Positions 60,437 to 64,000 of a DNA stretch of 64,000 nt are shown here, one piece after another (the first letter of the stretch is position 1; every line of letters begins with the position of its first letter). The stretch is from the NCBI RefSeq assembly GCF_016432865.1, contig NC_067403.1:247814001-247878000 (forward strand). Direction: 5' to 3'. Origin of the DNA: Antechinus flavipes. Lineage: Eukaryota. A model generated the notes under the pieces. That model did not search any database and was not told the origin of the DNA. It saw nothing but the letters and a program-made list of their open reading frames with translations. Made by a program: the position numbers and the translations under genes.

Positions 60437-61399
60437 TCACAGGTTATCAGAGGCTGCCTTTTTGCTCATGGCTTTTTTCAGAGCATCTCTGACATCCTTG
60501 TTCCTTAAAGTATAAATGATAGGATTGAGGAGGGGAGTGACAAAGGTGTAGACCAATGCAAGATACCGATTTTCATCTGCAGGAGTGTTTGATGGGGGTC
60601 GAAAGTAGACCAAACTGCCGCAACCATATTGTAGCAGGACCACAGTGAGATGGGAAGAGCAGGTGGAGAAGGCTCGCTGGCGTCCCTCAGCTGAAGGAAT
60701 GTGCAAGATGGCTATGGTAATGAAGACATAGGAAATGCAAATGAGTAGGAAGGGGGTGGTTAGAACAAGGATGCCCATCACATAGAGGACAGCCTGTGGC
60801 ACACGAGTGTCAGCACAAGCAAGTTGTAGCACAGGTGGGACATCACAGAAGAAATGGTTGATCTCCAGGAAGCGTCCACAGAAGGGTAGGGTGAAGACCA
60901 ATGATGTGAGTGGCAGTGAAAGGAAAAGAGCCAGATCCAGGGAACCAGCCACCATTTGGGTACACAGCTGTGGGGTCATGATGAGAGTGTATTGTAGGGG
61001 ATGGCAGATGGCCGCAAAACGATCATATGCCATGACAGCCAATAGGAAACAGTCAGTGCTGCCAAGGGTGGCGAAAAAGAACATCTGGGTTGCACAACCA
61101 CTCAATGGGATGGGTTTCCTTTCCCCCATGATGTTGGAGAGCATCAGTGGTACCAAAGTAGTTGTATAACAGATCTCTAGGAAGGACAGGTTCGATAGGA
61201 AAAAATACATTGGTGTTTGAAGGGAGATGTTTGTGTACACAGCCCAGATAATGGCAGCATTCCCACAGAGAATCATTACATAGAGAAAAAGGAAGAAGCA
61301 GAAGAGGAGAACCTGAATCTTGGGGGAAGAGGTGAACACCCTGAATACAAATTCAGTGGGACCAGATTGGTTGAGATGAATAGTTGCAAGAGAAGACAT
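60437..61399 (-). CDS. Olfactory receptor G7, OR10Q1-like paralogue (320 aa from MSSLAT)
   Basis: Intact ORF with DRY changed to DRF. Acceptor lies 5 nt upstream of the ATG at 61399. Confidence 0.9.
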   Translation of the reverse strand: MSSLATIHLNQSGPTEFVFRVFTSSPKIQVLLFCFFLFLYVMILCGNAAIIWAVYTNISLQTPMYFFLSNLSFLEICYTTTLVPLMLSNIMGERKPIPLSGCATQMFFFATLGSTDCFLLAVMAYDRFAAICHPLQYTLIMTPQLCTQMVAGSLDLALFLSLPLTSLVFTLPFCGRFLEINHFFCDVPPVLQLACADTRVPQAVLYVMGILVLTTPFLLICISYVFITIAILHIPSAEGRQRAFSTCSSHLTVVLLQYGCGSLVYFRPPSNTPADENRYLALVYTFVTPLLNPIIYTLRNKDVRDALKKAMSKKAASDNL

Positions 61400-62420
61400 G
61401 TCACCTATCAAAGAAAAATAGAAAGTTGAACCCCATTACTGCATTTACTTGATAATGCCATTAATACACAGTGGCTTTTTTCTAGACTCAGATAAAGGGA
61501 TAGAATTTTGGACTTTCAATATTTATTAAAGATCCTTTGACAGAAATTATTTTATGTTTTTAGTCTTCAATTCCATTGGTTCAAGAAGGAAGTGAAATTT
61601 TATGACTTCTTTTGTACCACTTTCTCTTACAGTCTCAAAATGTGTATTTTTAATGTAAAATTCTCTGTGTTAACTCTCCCACCATTGTACTTGAAATAGT
61701 AAGTTGAGTCTTGATAGTACAGTTGATTTGATTAGCTTTGTTGGGGTAATTGTGAGTGGTTATGACTTTTAACAACATAGCTCATGAGCTCTTATCTTGA
61801 GGGATCTTCCAAATATTACTTAACTGCTGAATATAATTTGCTTTTAAAGAGGTTATACACACTGAGATGTTTTAGAAGAGATAGAGATGAGAAGAAAAAA
61901 AGCCTTTTTTGAAACCAAGAAGTATATGCTATCTTCCATGTAATAAAGTCTTTGAAGAGCATAAAGTAGATTTAAAGTAGTTGTTACAAAACACTCCCTT
62001 TAATCAAGCATTCAGTCTATCCTTATCCATTCTAATTTGAACACATGGAGACATGTACAAGAAAAGCCTCTAGGAATAGTTGATTCCAACTTCATTGACA
62101 AAGGGAATGAGAAAATCAAGCAAAGAATGTAATTCATAAGGTGGTACTTTCTGGGTTCAGATGTTCTTTTCTTTACTGGCATAACCATCAAGCTTACTTC
62201 TGGGAATGACATTGTTTAATGGATTTTATACAAACACCTTAGATCAGTTGGGTCATCATTTTGTAGGATGAGATCTATTGGCTGTTGGATCTCTCCTATG
62301 GTGTACTGTGTCAAGTTGGCCAATTACTACATCTTCCAACTATAGTAGTCCTTGCTACTATCGCTAGTAGCTTAGGACACTTGACATGGTTCTTCTGATC
62401 CTTTCCATTTATGAGTTTAT

Positions 62421-62455
62421 CACTGGATTCATCTTATCTCCAAATTAACCTTCAC
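62421..62455 (-). other. Proximal duplicate of the 35-nt micro-exon upstream of G7, donor lost (GT to AT)
   Basis: Acceptor ttttttcctcatcttag is intact, and the same 35-nt span is followed by ATAAAC instead of GTAAGC. Confidence 0.42.
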
Positions 62456-62564
62456 CTAAGATGAGGAAAAAATAAATTATAAAACTGGCACCATGAACTC
62501 AAAGACATATGGCAGCTGGGAAAAATATATGGCAGCATGCCCCTATTCCTATACTTGTCACTAC

Positions 62565-62566
<2 letters not shown>

Positions 62567-62624
<58 letters not shown>
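62567..62624 (+). repeat. (GA)29 microsatellite
   Basis: Direct reading. Confidence 0.95.
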
Positions 62625-62629
<5 letters not shown>

Positions 62630-63898
62630 AATAAATAAGGAATTATCTGCTCAAATCATGTATTTGTACACTGTTCTCAATGAAAAGATTTATATTACTC
62701 GGCAAACAACTAAAAGATTTTTCTTCACTAGCTACTATGTCAAATGGGCATAGAGTATTTTTTCCATAGTCTGAATTGGGGAGAATTGAAATCTTTTACA
62801 CATATGTAGATGTATATTTATTAACCCAATATGATTTACAGTGGCTGAAGACAGGGAATATTGTGCCTGCTTTAGATAATTCAAGAAAAGCTAATCCACA
62901 AATGCTCAAAGGACTGGGCACTTAACTGGTCAATACTAATTACATTAGCACTGAGATTCTATATTCTGTGTTCTTAGTTTCCTTCAAAATATGATTTTGG
63001 CATAATTTTATTCTTTCAATTACTTTATTATTATTATAATATTTCATCTAGAGAATTAAAAAATAACAGTCTCTGGAATAAATTATACATAGGTATTATA
63101 TAATTACACTTTATTTTTAGATATCTTTAAAAGTAAAATAGACATTTATGTCCCTGAGTGAGTTCAGATATACTAAAAATAGAGAAATACAATAAAAAAT
63201 ACCTGAAATCTCTTGTTACAGTAATATTCTCAATATGAAACACTAGAGACGAACTATGGAAAATATTGAAATCAATTGTAATGTCATTAAACTCTCTGCA
63301 AAATTTATGAGATGTATCACTTTTTGTCTGAATTGTTTGGGTATTTCTATAATTTATGGAATAGGATTCAATTAACGATCTATTCTAAATGCTGCCAAAA
63401 ACTTGCCTCATCTTGTCATGCAATAATACTGTTTCCTGGGAGAATGTGCCCATGAAGAACAAGTCTGGAAAGTCCCCCTGTCAAAGCTAGAAAGGTAAAA
63501 CTTGAGTAAAGCTCTGGTGATGGACCTTTTGTGTGTTGTCTGAATATCAGTTTCCTTAAGTCTGGAAAGGCTCAAACCCAGGTTAGCTAAGGGCATGACA
63601 CTTGTTAACCATGACAACCCTCAAAAAGAATGTGTCAAATCAGAGGGAGGTTGTCGTCTGTTGTCAATGAATGGGATCTTTCAGTGAAATACACAGCTTT
63701 CAATGAAATTCACCAAGCTAACTACTAGGACTTACAGTCAGGGAATTTTGAGTAAGCTCCCTAGCTAAGTTGGATCCTATGGGATGAGGTCTATTGGCTG
63801 TTGGATCAATGCAATGCTTGTCTGGATCAAGCCAGTCTATTACTGCTACCATCTACACTAGTCTCTACTACTGTCATCTGTATCTGTCACAAGCTTAC

Positions 63899-63933
63899 CA
63901 CCTGATTCATTCTATCTCTAGATTAGCATTCAC
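63899..63933 (-). other. Candidate 35-nt 5'UTR micro-exon of G7 (distal copy)
   Basis: Acceptor ctttctatgctttcttatttcctcatcttag. Donor GTG/GTAAGC. Same length as the G5 copy. Confidence 0.5.
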
Positions 63934-64000
63934 CTAAGATGAGGAAATAAGAAAGCATAGAAAGGCACCATGCCTTTGGTGCCTCAGAAAGATCAGGTGA

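Larger units (their letters stand above)
52851..61606. repeat. Segmental duplication B, copy 2 (~8.8 kb, contains G7)
   Basis: Junction gaaattttat-GAC-aaatagac at 52851-52853 joins the 61604-61606 context (ttttatGACttct) to the 44264-44266 context (tagGACaaatagac), with 3-bp microhomology. Confidence 0.93.

Noticed and set aside
60807-61169. 120-aa plus-strand ORF, and similar antisense ORFs over G1-G6
   Set aside because: These are shadows of OR coding sequence on the opposite strand; their length varies arbitrarily between paralogues and there is no independent signal.

Overview
Marsupial genomic DNA, plausibly dasyurid (Mar1-type SINE, marsupial L1 ends, an OC1/OposCharlie1-type hAT MITE), carrying a co-oriented minus-strand cluster of seven OR10Q-family olfactory receptor loci. 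G1 (592-1554) is the probable OR10Q1 orthologue. G2 (14592-15539), G3 (25702-26649), G6 (51681-52643) and G7 (60437-61399) are intact paralogues. G4 (39070-39992) is a heavily decayed pseudogene and G5 (40926-41887) has a single 1-bp frameshift. Two head-to-tail segmental duplications with readable junctions (5222-18954 / 18955-30174 and 44264-52850 / 52851-61606) overlie older unit-level paralogy. A conserved ~600-700 bp non-coding module (splice donor, O/E-type site, TAATGG homeodomain site) occurs five times, once upstream of each of G1, G2, G3, G5 and G6, and looks like the promoter plus first non-coding exon. Both duplications are out of register with the transcription units, so G2 appears to sit under a copy of G1's promoter and G6 under a copy of G5's. 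Other signals: apparent G5/G6 gene conversion, a burst of silent substitutions in G7, three solo LTRs with 6-bp TSDs, a tailless 3'-truncated L1 with flanking direct repeats, and candidate 5'UTR micro-exons. All alignments were done by eye, repeat names are from recall, and boundaries of old repeats are approximate.
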